Assembly (NCBI GenBank): GCA_030583925.1
Contig: CP129482.1
Location: 3,634,001 to 3,698,000, forward strand
Reading direction: 5' to 3'
DNA length: 64,000 bases
Source: Anaerolineales bacterium
GTDB lineage: Bacteria > Chloroflexota > Anaerolineae > Anaerolineales > Villigracilaceae
Shown: positions 27,579 to 36,394 of the stretch, piece after piece
Layout: each line of letters begins with the position of its first letter
How positions within the stretch are numbered: the stretch's first letter is position 1
Notes under the pieces: generated by a model
The model's database searches: none
Told to the model about the DNA's origin: nothing
Seen by the model: only the letters and a program-made list of their open reading frames with translations
Position numbers and translations under genes: made by a program

Positions 27579-29438
27579 CTATGGACCGGCGCACACATAA
27601 TGGATCAGCAGATCATTCCTTTCTCGCGCAACTCCGCCAACGGATAATTCGCCGGGGTAATAATCGCCGCGCGTGAGTAGAACGCTGATCTCCTCTTGCG
27701 GCGTCGAGACGATTGCGCCCAATTGTATTTCAAACTCCCCGCCGCGCGCATCGGGGGGCAAATCCACATCCACTCTCAGGTAATCTTCGGGAACGATCTC
27801 CTTGAAAGGTATCTCGCGCTGGATCACCGCGTTTCGATTTTCATCGAGCAAGGTGAACAACAGCGCGCCGTCCAAGTCCACCGGCACAGATTTGACGAAC
27901 ACATGCACCGACTCTAACCTCCCGCAGAAATTGGTGAACGATTGGACGATCTCAACATCCGCGTTGATGTCTTCCGCCGGAGAATCTTCCTTCTCAAGAT
28001 TCTTGTAAGTAGGTAATACGCATATGGCGCCCGTATAAGCGTCATAACCGCAATAGCTATAGTAGGTTGTGTAGATGCCCAATGAATAGAACGCCGTCAC
28101 GATCAGAAAAGCGCCAACGGTACTATATTCCGCCAGTTTTTGTCGTTTCTCGTCCACGGCAAACAGCCCTGAGATACCCAGAAAGAACATCGGCGCAAAG
28201 GGGATGTAATACCGTCCGTGTTTGGCGAGGGCAAGTACGCCCCCGGTGGCGTAATTCCCCACAAAGGCGATCGTATAGAAAGCGACGCAACAAAATATGG
28301 AAAAACCGATCAAAAAGGCGCGAACGTCGGAGGGAATCGTTATCCGTCGAGGCTCGGCGAAGAATGCCGCCACGAGGCAGACAGCCCAAAATAGATATAA
28401 AGGATCCGGCACTTTGCCCGTCCAGTATCCGTAGACGGCGATCCAGCCTTGGATTTGAGCGAAAAACGTCAACGCCATACCCTGCAAAAGCGGGATGATG
28501 AATCCCAGCGGATCCGCCAAGATCAGGCTGGTCTGAAGTGGGACGCTTTGATTCCCGCCCTCGCCGTACGTCGAAACGCTGGTCGCAAAAGCCGACCAGC
28601 CAACATTGAACAGGACCGATGCGAATAACACAAGACCCAAAAACCAGACCCACTTCTTTGACGGAAAAGGATGCTTGACGATAAGGAGCAACAAAGGGAA
28701 CAAAATGATCGCGCCGGGTTTTGCGCTTCCAAGCAATAAAGATAAGAGAACCAATATCCAAAAAGATGACGGCTTAATCCCGGTCTTCTCGTTCAGATAC
28801 ATTCCAAGCGTCAAGCCGATAAAGGCGAAACTGATCGCGTTCGTGAAACCGTCCGCGTTCAGCGTAGCGGCTTGAAACATGGCGCTCGGCGAAAGCGCCA
28901 GCGCCGCGAAGACCCACTTGCCAAACGGAAGTACACGAACCGCAAAATATCCTGCGCCGATATAGATCAACATGCCGAGAATTCTTTGCAGAATGATCGT
29001 CGGCAGGATCGGAAAATCAAATTTCCACCACAACAATCTTCCCAGCAACGCCTGCGGCAAAAAGATCACGGGCGAATAGATAGATTGGGTCTTTTGCCCA
29101 TAGCGAAGTTCGTTGAATGTGCTAAATTTCCGCGTGAAATTTTCACGGCTGAACATATCGAACGCGGGAGACTGCGCGAGTCGGCGTTGATAGGAAAGGT
29201 CAAAGACATCCTGATGAATACTCAAACCCGAAAAGACCGGCAGGTACTCGTTCTTCGACATGTAGTAAATGCGAACAAGGTGACGCTCTTCATCGAAGCC
29301 CGCCCCGTATGGAATCGCAATGCAATAGAAAATTCCGACTAACAGACCGACGGTCAGAAAAAAGTTTGCCGGGTTAATAAAAGAATTTCTTTTTTCGATC
29401 ACGCTATCGTATCCCTTCCGAGTCGCGGACGATCGCAT
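27579..29438 (-). CDS. DUF2142-like polytopic membrane protein (probable GT-C glycosyltransferase)
   Basis: IPYGAGFDEERHL loop, YSPVIFLPQALLG, KPG, HGRYYIP; true start may be the GTG at 29402. Confidence 0.65.
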   Translation of the reverse strand: MRSSATRKGYDSVIEKRNSFINPANFFLTVGLLVGIFYCIAIPYGAGFDEERHLVRIYYMSKNEYLPVFSGLSIHQDVFDLSYQRRLAQSPAFDMFSRENFTRKFSTFNELRYGQKTQSIYSPVIFLPQALLGRLLWWKFDFPILPTIILQRILGMLIYIGAGYFAVRVLPFGKWVFAALALSPSAMFQAATLNADGFTNAISFAFIGLTLGMYLNEKTGIKPSSFWILVLLSLLLGSAKPGAIILFPLLLLIVKHPFPSKKWVWFLGLVLFASVLFNVGWSAFATSVSTYGEGGNQSVPLQTSLILADPLGFIIPLLQGMALTFFAQIQGWIAVYGYWTGKVPDPLYLFWAVCLVAAFFAEPRRITIPSDVRAFLIGFSIFCCVAFYTIAFVGNYATGGVLALAKHGRYYIPFAPMFFLGISGLFAVDEKRQKLAEYSTVGAFLIVTAFYSLGIYTTYYSYCGYDAYTGAICVLPTYKNLEKEDSPAEDINADVEIVQSFTNFCGRLESVHVFVKSVPVDLDGALLFTLLDENRNAVIQREIPFKEIVPEDYLRVDVDLPPDARGGEFEIQLGAIVSTPQEEISVLLTRGDYYPGELSVGGVARERNDLLIHYVCAGP

Positions 29439-30336
29439 CCGTCATCTTTGCCACGCGCGCCATCTCTTTCACATCATGCACACGGACAATGTCCGCGCCG
29501 CGCGCAATGCCGACGGCGACCGTGGCGGCTGTCCCTTCGACGCGCTGATCGGCGGGCAAGTCGAGCGTAAAACCGATGAACGATTTGCGGGATGTGCCCA
29601 AAACGACGGGATACCCCAAGGCGCGGATTTCGTCCAGGCGGTCAATCAACTCCAGATTTTGTTTACGCGTCTTTCCGAATCCGATGCCTGGATCCAAAAT
29701 GAGACGCGTTTCCTCCACCCCAGCCTTGACCGCGATCTCGACGCTGGCAAGCAAATCGCGCTTTACATCTTCGATCAAATCCTGATATTGTGACCCGGCA
29801 TACGCATTGCCCAACCTCTCACGGACTTCGACGCTGGCGGGGTTACTGCGGTTGTGCATCAGAATCACGGGCACGCGAAATGTCGCCGCAACCGAAGCAA
29901 GCTGAGGGTCGGCGCGAAGCGCCCACACATCGTTGAGTATCTGCGCCCCGGCGATAAAAGCCGCTTGCGCCACTTCGGCTTTCGATGTGTCGATGGAAAT
30001 AATGGCTTCAGGGTAATTTCTATGAATTGCCTGAACAACGGGAAACACACGCTCAATTTCCTCCTTTGCATTGACAGGCATTGATCCGGGCCGCGTCGAT
30101 TCGCCGCCGATATCGAGGATGTCCGCGCCATGTTTGAGGAAGTATTCGGCTTGCCGAAGCGAATGTTCGAGCGCGCGGTGTTCCCCTTCCCCTTTAGCCT
30201 CTTTCCCGTTAGGTAAGGGAGAAATCAGCCCATCGCCTGAAAACGAATCAGGCGTGATGTTGAGGATGCTCATCACAAACGTGCGGCTTCCCCATTTGAA
30301 TTCATGGTTTCCGATTTGGAGGGTGGGGGATTTCAC
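29404..30336 (-). CDS. folP: Dihydropteroate synthase
   Basis: ILNITPDSFSGDG, DIGGESTRPG, DPGIGFGK, GTSRKSF, RVHDV. Confidence 0.96.
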   Translation of the reverse strand: MKSPTLQIGNHEFKWGSRTFVMSILNITPDSFSGDGLISPLPNGKEAKGEGEHRALEHSLRQAEYFLKHGADILDIGGESTRPGSMPVNAKEEIERVFPVVQAIHRNYPEAIISIDTSKAEVAQAAFIAGAQILNDVWALRADPQLASVAATFRVPVILMHNRSNPASVEVRERLGNAYAGSQYQDLIEDVKRDLLASVEIAVKAGVEETRLILDPGIGFGKTRKQNLELIDRLDEIRALGYPVVLGTSRKSFIGFTLDLPADQRVEGTAATVAVGIARGADIVRVHDVKEMARVAKMTDAIVRDSEGIR

Positions 30337-30346
30337 AAAAAATCTG

Positions 30347-30403
30347 ACACAGAGTCACAGAGACGCGGAGAAAAAAACTCTGTGTCTCAGCGTCTCTGTG
30401 GCT
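30347..30403. repeat. 9-bp-periodic CACAGAG palindromic repeat
   Basis: acacagagtcacagagacgcggag-aaaaaa-ctctgtgtctcagcgtctctgtggct. Confidence 0.7.
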
Positions 30404-30409
30404 AATGAA

Positions 30410-30832
30410 CTACGGTATCTGATCGAGCGGGCGGGCGAGCCAGGCTTCAGCTTCGTTGATGTCGGCGAAGATCTTCATGGCGGAGGCAGTGCCAGCCAGC
30501 GCGAGCGCGGCAACTTCGCGAATGGCGTCCGCCACTTTTTCATCGGCGACAACAACAGCGACTCGAATATTGCGCGCGGAAGGATCGCTATTCGCCTCGA
30601 CCGCGGCGCGGATGGCTTTTTCGGGAATCTCTTTGACTGCACGCAGATCATACAAATTGCGCGTGCGACCGGTTGAGCCAAGCAAATGCTCCATGGCAAA
30701 TTCGCGCCAGTTGCTGAGAGTCGCGTCTGATAGATCGGTGAAAGTAAGGGTCATACCGCCGTCGCCGCGCCGTACAACGGTCATGCCGACGCCGGGTTTG
30801 GGGGTCCAGTTGAGGGGTTTGATTTCGGTCAT
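30410..30832 (-). CDS. Hypothetical protein (STAS/SEC14-like fold possible)
   Basis: LYDLRAV...VAVVV...FADINEAEAWL; GGAGG SD. Confidence 0.6.
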   Translation of the reverse strand: MTEIKPLNWTPKPGVGMTVVRRGDGGMTLTFTDLSDATLSNWREFAMEHLLGSTGRTRNLYDLRAVKEIPEKAIRAAVEANSDPSARNIRVAVVVADEKVADAIREVAALALAGTASAMKIFADINEAEAWLARPLDQIP

Positions 30833-30869
30833 GGGAGTTCCTCCGGGAGGGATTATATCTCACGCTTCA

Positions 30870-31087
30870 TGACATTGCGAGGAAGCGCAAAGCGGAGGAG
30901 TGACTAATTTGGTATATAAGCCACAGAGCGCGCAGAGATTTTGAGTTTTTTCTCAAAAGACTCAGTGACCTCTGTGGCAGAGAAAATTTTTACGCACCTT
31001 TCTCGCCACTCCCAAAGCGGTAACGAAGCAATCGCCAACTCAACAAGGGAATTGCTTCGTCGGGCTACCGCCCTCTTCGCAACGACA
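30870..31087. repeat. REP doublet, copy 3, interrupted by MITE copy B
   Basis: tgacattgcgaggaagcgc[MITE]aaagcggtaacgaagcaatc...attgcttcg...ttcgcaacgaca. Confidence 0.75.
30896..31013. mobile_element. 118-bp MITE-like element, copy B, with target duplication
   Basis: AGGAGTGAC...GCCACTCCC ends, flanked by AAAGCGG at 30889-30895 and 31014-31020. Confidence 0.75.
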
Positions 31088-32531
31088 TTTGATCGAGGAT
31101 ATTCAAAATAAACTCCGCCGTGCGTTTGCCAGATGCTCCATCGGTAAACGTAATTTCATTTTGGATGAACTTCCGCCTCTCTTCCGCGCTTACGGTTGGA
31201 TCCGCCAAGTAGACGTTTAACGCGTCCCGAAGTTGGTCCACGTTTTCCGCTACTCGACCTGCTTTCGCTTCCCTGAATCTTTTATGCGTGGGCCAATCGC
31301 CGATCTCTTTCAGCGACAGTGAAAATTTATTTTTCTTGTTCCACCCGCCAGGGACGTCAATCGTCGCGGCGATCATCGGCGTATCATGGACAGCGGTCTC
31401 GACCAGCATCGTCGAGTAGACGGTTACCACCACATCCGAATACGCCATCATGGACGATTTCTCGTCCATGTCTTCGCCGCCGTAGTAGCCGAGCGATCCG
31501 CCCAACGCCACAGGCTGGACAACATGCACGTGCGGATATTTCTTCTCCAGTTCAAAAACTCTTGCGCGTTCTTCGGCAAAAATCTTCGGCTTGTTTTGAA
31601 AGTGACTTGGATGCAGTCGAATCAACAACTGCGAAGGCTCTGCCAACGAATCGGATGAAACCAATTTCGCCAACGCTTCGATGTTCGGGAAGTTCGGCGC
31701 AAAATGGACAAAACTGCTGGCGTACGAAATCAACTTGCGGTTCGGGTCGAGGTTGTGTAGTTTGAAATACTCGTCACGAGGCATGAGCCATTGCTTGCGG
31801 AAATATCCGTCATACGATGGGATGCCGCCGATGTTCACGTTATCGGGATTCCAGTCTGAGCCGTAGACCAGTTCATCTTTTTGCAATTGCGACCAGCAGG
31901 TTGCGTACTGCACATCCGCGCCTGAGACGTTGTATGACGACGAATTGTCCCAGCCGACGATGACGGTCATGTTCGGGATGCCGCGCTTGGCAGACTCACG
32001 CAGGAGGTAACGATCCAACCTCCAGCCTGGAGTCGAAGCGATGACCATGTCGGGTTGATATTTGTCGAAGAGGTCGGCGTAAATTTCAGGGTCAGGGATG
32101 AAGCGGTTTTGCATCCGCACGAGAAGTTTGCGGGCGAAGGAAAAATTCCGCAGGAGGAGAATCATCAGCGCGGAGGGAATCCAAATGCCCAAACGGAATT
32201 TCCACGAGTTCTCCGCCCAGACTTCCCAGATGTGACTGTCCATGGCTTCGGTGTTGATACGGCGCGAGCCGCCGACGCGGCGCAGGTAGGCGAGGAGCCA
32301 TTGCAAGCGCGGTTGAAACGTAGTGGCGAATTTATTCGCCTGTTTGAGGCGGAGACCTTCGATGGTGAGACCGTGTTGCGAGAAACGCGAGGCGAGTTGT
32401 GCGACGATCTCGTCGTCGGTGAGAAGGATGACTTCGATGCCCGCTTTCAGCAGAGTCGGAACGACGTCGCTTTGTAAAAAATAGATGATCGCCATGCCGT
32501 GGTCGGCGGAGATGAAGATTCGTTTGGACAT
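31065..32531 (-). CDS. Putative GT-B-type polysaccharide transferase
   Basis: LLIRLHPS and SDVVVTVYSTMLVETA resemble glycerophosphotransferase/capsule-synthesis C-termini; last codons read into the REP. Confidence 0.55.
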   Translation of the reverse strand: MSKRIFISADHGMAIIYFLQSDVVPTLLKAGIEVILLTDDEIVAQLASRFSQHGLTIEGLRLKQANKFATTFQPRLQWLLAYLRRVGGSRRINTEAMDSHIWEVWAENSWKFRLGIWIPSALMILLLRNFSFARKLLVRMQNRFIPDPEIYADLFDKYQPDMVIASTPGWRLDRYLLRESAKRGIPNMTVIVGWDNSSSYNVSGADVQYATCWSQLQKDELVYGSDWNPDNVNIGGIPSYDGYFRKQWLMPRDEYFKLHNLDPNRKLISYASSFVHFAPNFPNIEALAKLVSSDSLAEPSQLLIRLHPSHFQNKPKIFAEERARVFELEKKYPHVHVVQPVALGGSLGYYGGEDMDEKSSMMAYSDVVVTVYSTMLVETAVHDTPMIAATIDVPGGWNKKNKFSLSLKEIGDWPTHKRFREAKAGRVAENVDQLRDALNVYLADPTVSAEERRKFIQNEITFTDGASGKRTAEFILNILDQMSLRRGR

Positions 32532-32545
32532 AATTTCTTATCAAG

Positions 32546-32652
32546 TGTCATTGCGAGGGCGATAGCCCGAAGCAATCTCGTGGTTTTATGTGAGGTGCCT
32601 GGTTCATGTTAACATGAGATTGCTTCAATCGCTCTGCTCCTTCGCAATGACA
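32546..32652. repeat. REP doublet, copy 4 (downstream flank of the GIY-YIG gene)
   Basis: tgtcattgcgagggcgatagcccgaagcaatctc...gagattgcttc...ttcgcaatgaca; abuts the TAG stop. Confidence 0.9.
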
Positions 32653-32949
32653 CTACGGATAAAACTCTTCCGATAAATCCTTCCAGTCGGGATTCATGGT
32701 GTTGATCAAGTCAAGTTTCTTTTGGCGTGAACCAGCCTTAATCTGTTTCTCTCTAGCGACGGCAATATTGATGTCGTCACCCGATTCGTAAAACACCAAT
32801 TTGCTCACATTGTATTTCTTCGTAAAAGCGCTGCCTTTTCCATTTTTATGTTCTTCAACCCTGCGCGGCAAATCATTGGTCACGCCTGTGTATAAAACAG
32901 TGTGACGAGAATTGGTCATGATGTAAACACAATATTCTTTCTTGCTCAT
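32653..32949 (-). CDS. Stand-alone GIY-YIG nuclease
   Basis: YCVYIMTN...LYTGVTNDLPRRVEEH...AREKQIK...NPDWKDL; catalytic Arg and Glu present. Confidence 0.92.
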   Translation of the reverse strand: MSKKEYCVYIMTNSRHTVLYTGVTNDLPRRVEEHKNGKGSAFTKKYNVSKLVFYESGDDINIAVAREKQIKAGSRQKKLDLINTMNPDWKDLSEEFYP

Positions 32950-32963
32950 GATTCAATCCCAAG

Positions 32964-33067
32964 TGTCATTGCGAGCGTAGCGAAGCAATCCAGTTGTTTT
33001 CATCAAAACACCTGTTTGTAGGTTCGTTGAGATTGCTTCGTCGGGCTACGCCCTCCTCGCAATGACA
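32964..33067. repeat. REP doublet, copy 5 (upstream flank of the GIY-YIG gene)
   Basis: tgtcattgcgagcgtagcgaagcaatc...gagattgcttcg...ctcgcaatgaca. Confidence 0.9.
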
Positions 33068-33070
33068 CTG

Positions 33071-34018
33071 TTAACTGTAATACCAACCAAAAATCCTGTT
33101 ATACACCGCCAGCAAAACTTTCTTGATAACCCCAATTTCCAACAAACGCTTTCCAAACCCTCCCTTCCGCCTTCTGCTTTCTGTTTTCAGTTCCCCTCTC
33201 AAATACCCCAGCGTATTGGACATATTCATCGCCAGCGGATCGCTCACCATCAGCCGCAGTAAGCCTGCATCGTTCATGCGTTTGTCTAGTTGGCGGACTT
33301 GTCCCATTGGCTTGTCCATGTCAAAGGGCAGGAATTGTTGAAGCGTGGATTTATACGCCGTGAACTGCCAGTGACTTGCGCCAGCCATTGCCGTCACGCC
33401 TTTGTAAACCAGTCTCCAGTCTCTAGTCTCTGCATAAACCTTCTTATTCTCCTCCTCCGTCTGCCCCAGCGACAAGTTGAACTCCAAGAATGTTTCCCAC
33501 GGAATGAATTGACCTTCTTCGAGTTGGGCGTTTGCCTTCGCCCATTTCAACGTCGCTTCGTAAAACTCAGGCGGCGTTCTGAACGGTCTGGCAGTGACCA
33601 TGCCGACGTTCGGAAACGTTTCGAGAATTTCCACAGAACGTGAGAGCCACTTTGGGGAAAATAAAACGTCGCTGTCGGTGTAGGCGATGATCTCGCCAGG
33701 CGCGCCCGCCAGCATCACATTCCACGCGCCGCCTTTGCCGACATTTTTCTCGGACAAAATCAAATATTGGATTCGTCCCGCCTCTTTTTCGCCGATCAAA
33801 TAATCACGCGCTTCGGCGCACGAGCCGTTATCGAAGACCATCAAGTCGAACGGCAAGCCCGCGTCGTTTCGCATCGAGTCCATGCAGACTTTCAGCACAT
33901 CCAGCGTCTCGGTGTAGAATCCGCTCAGGAAGGGGATGTAATTCAACAACGCCACAGTCACCCGTTCGGGCTTGGCAACGTCTTTGACGAACTTGGCGGG
34001 GTTTTGTCCTTTGCGCAT
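33071..34018 (-). CDS. Glycosyltransferase family 2 (GT-A)
   Basis: VFDNGS, NVGKGGAWN, YTDSD DxD motif. Confidence 0.85.
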   Translation of the reverse strand: MRKGQNPAKFVKDVAKPERVTVALLNYIPFLSGFYTETLDVLKVCMDSMRNDAGLPFDLMVFDNGSCAEARDYLIGEKEAGRIQYLILSEKNVGKGGAWNVMLAGAPGEIIAYTDSDVLFSPKWLSRSVEILETFPNVGMVTARPFRTPPEFYEATLKWAKANAQLEEGQFIPWETFLEFNLSLGQTEEENKKVYAETRDWRLVYKGVTAMAGASHWQFTAYKSTLQQFLPFDMDKPMGQVRQLDKRMNDAGLLRLMVSDPLAMNMSNTLGYLRGELKTESRRRKGGFGKRLLEIGVIKKVLLAVYNRIFGWYYS

Positions 34019-34032
34019 CTAACCTCATGTCA

Positions 34033-34164
34033 CGGTGGTTGAGTAGCCCTGAGCGTTCGTTGCGAAGGGCGTATCGAAACCACCAATTAATTGAAAATGA
34101 AGTATTTTCATGAAGCCTGCTGATCTCGATACGCCCCGACGAGCACGGGGCTACTCGACCAGCG
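34033..34164. repeat. Second REP-doublet family (GTYGAGTAGCCC...GCGTATCGA)
   Basis: Left unit cggtggttgagtagccc...gggcgtatcgaaa; inverted right unit tctcgatacgcccc...ggggctactcgaccagcg; related single unit at 2097-2128. Confidence 0.7.
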
Positions 34165-34167
34165 AGT

Positions 34168-35073
34168 TTACTTGAAAATATTTTTCAATCGTTTTTGCCA
34201 TCGTTTTGGGCGGGCGATATTCTCAATCATGTTTTCAGGCAAAAAGAAAAAGACTGCTCGCAAGAATAATTCCAACTTGCGAGTAAACCGAAGCGACGTC
34301 ATCTTCGGGCGCGACAGTTTACCATCAATTAATTCGTGTGTCGCATCCAAAATTGTATATCGCACGTTCGCCTGTCCGCCCGCGAGCCGAATATTTTCAT
34401 TCGTCTCAGGATGTTCGTAGTGCGGCTTACCATCGGGCAGGTGCGAGTAATCGTGGTTCTGATGCACGATCATCACCGACGGCGTGCAATCAATCGCCGC
34501 CCAATTTTCTGCCCGCGCTTTGTAGATCATCCAATTATCCCAGCCCGCGCGACCGATCGTAAAATTCGGGACGTCTTGATAACAATTTTTTGGGAAGAGG
34601 AAAAAATCGCTTCCCGCGGGACGGTGAAGCTGGTTCAGTCTTCGGACAGATTCTCTCAGCCTCGATTCCCACCCCTCGGCAAAATCCAGCGGCGACGTGA
34701 TGTCATAATCCCAACGTTGACTCAGCAAAACGAATTTCGACCTTTGACCTTCGACCTTTTTCGCCGCCTCGACAAAATCATCCATTAAAATCATATCGGC
34801 GTTGACGATGCACAACAATTCGCTGTTTGAATTTTCCCTCGCAACCTCAAACATGGACGAGATCAACGGCACGCCATTTTCATTGACTTTCACTTTGGGA
34901 AAATGCCTGACGTTCAATTCTTTTGCAATCTCCGCAACCCCCGCCTCATCGCCAAGCAAAATGACTTCAACATCGGGAAGCATTGTCCACGATTTGATGG
35001 CGTTGCGTTGAATCATGGCAACATGCTGATTCGTGAAAGGCTTGGGGGCGGAGAAGAAAGTGATTAGGGGCAT
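34168..35073 (-). CDS. Hypothetical glycosyltransferase-like protein
   Basis: NADMIL DxD-like motif, GRAGWDNW; glycan-locus context. Confidence 0.55.
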   Translation of the reverse strand: MPLITFFSAPKPFTNQHVAMIQRNAIKSWTMLPDVEVILLGDEAGVAEIAKELNVRHFPKVKVNENGVPLISSMFEVARENSNSELLCIVNADMILMDDFVEAAKKVEGQRSKFVLLSQRWDYDITSPLDFAEGWESRLRESVRRLNQLHRPAGSDFFLFPKNCYQDVPNFTIGRAGWDNWMIYKARAENWAAIDCTPSVMIVHQNHDYSHLPDGKPHYEHPETNENIRLAGGQANVRYTILDATHELIDGKLSRPKMTSLRFTRKLELFLRAVFFFLPENMIENIARPKRWQKRLKNIFK

Positions 35074-35092
35074 GAGTAATCAGTGAACAGTA

Positions 35093-35181
35093 TGTCGTTG
35101 CGAGCCCGATAGGGCGAAGCAATCTCCTCGAAACAGGAGATTGCTTCGTCGCAAAGAGCAAGAACGCTCCTCGCAACGACA
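35093..35181. repeat. REP doublet, copy 6
   Basis: tgtcgttgcgagccc...gggcgaagcaatctcc...ggagattgcttcg...ctcgcaacgaca; abuts a stop codon. Confidence 0.9.
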
Positions 35182-35994
35182 TTATTTTAGAGCACGGTCA
35201 TCAAAATCTTTCAACGTCTTATGCTGAACGCCTGCGTTAATCTTCATCAGTTCGGGGTGGTCGTGAACCAAATCGAGAACTTCCTTCCATGAGAAATCAT
35301 CACGACCATTGAAATGACTGTACACCTGCCGCATGAATTCCAAATCTTCGGGCGCATCCACCGTCCAGCGGTAATCGCCGAAGTCGGTGGTGTGGTGGAG
35401 GAGGGCGATGTTGTAGCCGCGTGGGGAAGCGCCAGTTTGCAGTTGACGGTTGACAGTTGTCAGTTCGACGCCTTCGTAGAAGTAAGGCATGACATGTTCA
35501 CGGTGCTGAGGTTCTTTAGCTTCTTTCCATGCTTGCTTCAATACTTTGAACGTGCAGGCTTCCACATCCAAGCCAATGGGGTAAGTGCGATGATAAGGCG
35601 GGGGCAGACGGTTGCAGACAAAATCATATTCATCTTCAAGCAAAGTATTGACCACATCATCAATCAACATAGGCTCAATCACTGGACAATCCGCAGTGAT
35701 TCGCACAACCACATCCGCTTTGGCTGACTTGGCGGTCTGATAATAACGGTCCAGCACGTCGTAGAGGCTGCCGCGCGTGAATGGGATTCCGCTGAAGTCG
35801 CAGTATTCGGCGACGGGGTCGTCGGAGGGATCGGTCGTCGTGGCGAAAACGGTTTGGGAAACTGAGGCAGACCGCGAGGTCCGAACGAAGACGCGTTGGA
35901 GCATGGGCTGTCCCGCGATGTCCGCGAGAATCTTCCCAGGCAGTCGCGATGAACTCATCCGCCCTTGTATGATGGCAACGACACGCGCTGTCAC
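35182..35994 (-). CDS. SpsF-like cytidylyltransferase (CMP-nonulosonate synthetase-like)
   Basis: IIQGRMSSSRLPGK, GSLYDVLDRY, VRITADCP, RWTVDAPED. Confidence 0.85.
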   Translation of the reverse strand: MTARVVAIIQGRMSSSRLPGKILADIAGQPMLQRVFVRTSRSASVSQTVFATTTDPSDDPVAEYCDFSGIPFTRGSLYDVLDRYYQTAKSAKADVVVRITADCPVIEPMLIDDVVNTLLEDEYDFVCNRLPPPYHRTYPIGLDVEACTFKVLKQAWKEAKEPQHREHVMPYFYEGVELTTVNRQLQTGASPRGYNIALLHHTTDFGDYRWTVDAPEDLEFMRQVYSHFNGRDDFSWKEVLDLVHDHPELMKINAGVQHKTLKDFDDRALK

Positions 35995-36350
35995 TGTTTG
36001 TCGGCGGGCGGCGGGGTGGCGGAGGATTTGGAAGATTCAGGCGAAGGGGTTACGGGCATGGGTTTTTCCAGACCCGCGACGCGGCTTTTATGCTCATCCA
36101 GTTCTTTTTCAAGCGCGCCGACTCGTTTGCGATGAGAGGAAGCTGCGAGGGAATTTTTGATCGCAGACGGGGAAAGCACCAGCAAGCCAATGACCACGCC
36201 AATGGCAAGTGTGACCAGCAAGACGAGGGACAGCGAACCCGTGACCTCCCACGCCAGAAAAGAGATGGTGACGGTGATCGTATTTTGCAAAGCAAAAATG
36301 ACCGCAATGACTGCGATCACCAGCGCGAAAATCAAATAAACAGTAGCCAT
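35991..36350 (-). CDS. LapA-domain (DUF1049) membrane protein
   Basis: AVIFALQNTITVTISFLAW...SLSLVLL pattern followed by a coiled coil. Confidence 0.75.
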   Translation of the reverse strand: MATVYLIFALVIAVIAVIFALQNTITVTISFLAWEVTGSLSLVLLVTLAIGVVIGLLVLSPSAIKNSLAASSHRKRVGALEKELDEHKSRVAGLEKPMPVTPSPESSKSSATPPPADKQ

Positions 36351-36394
36351 TTTGCCTCCGTGAATTTGCAGATGGAATTGCCTTCCGAATAATT

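Noticed and set aside
32653-32949. Intron-encoded homing endonuclease or UvrC fragment
   Set aside because: No host gene is interrupted within its coding sequence, no group I intron core was recognised, and the protein lacks the extra DNA-binding or UvrC domains.
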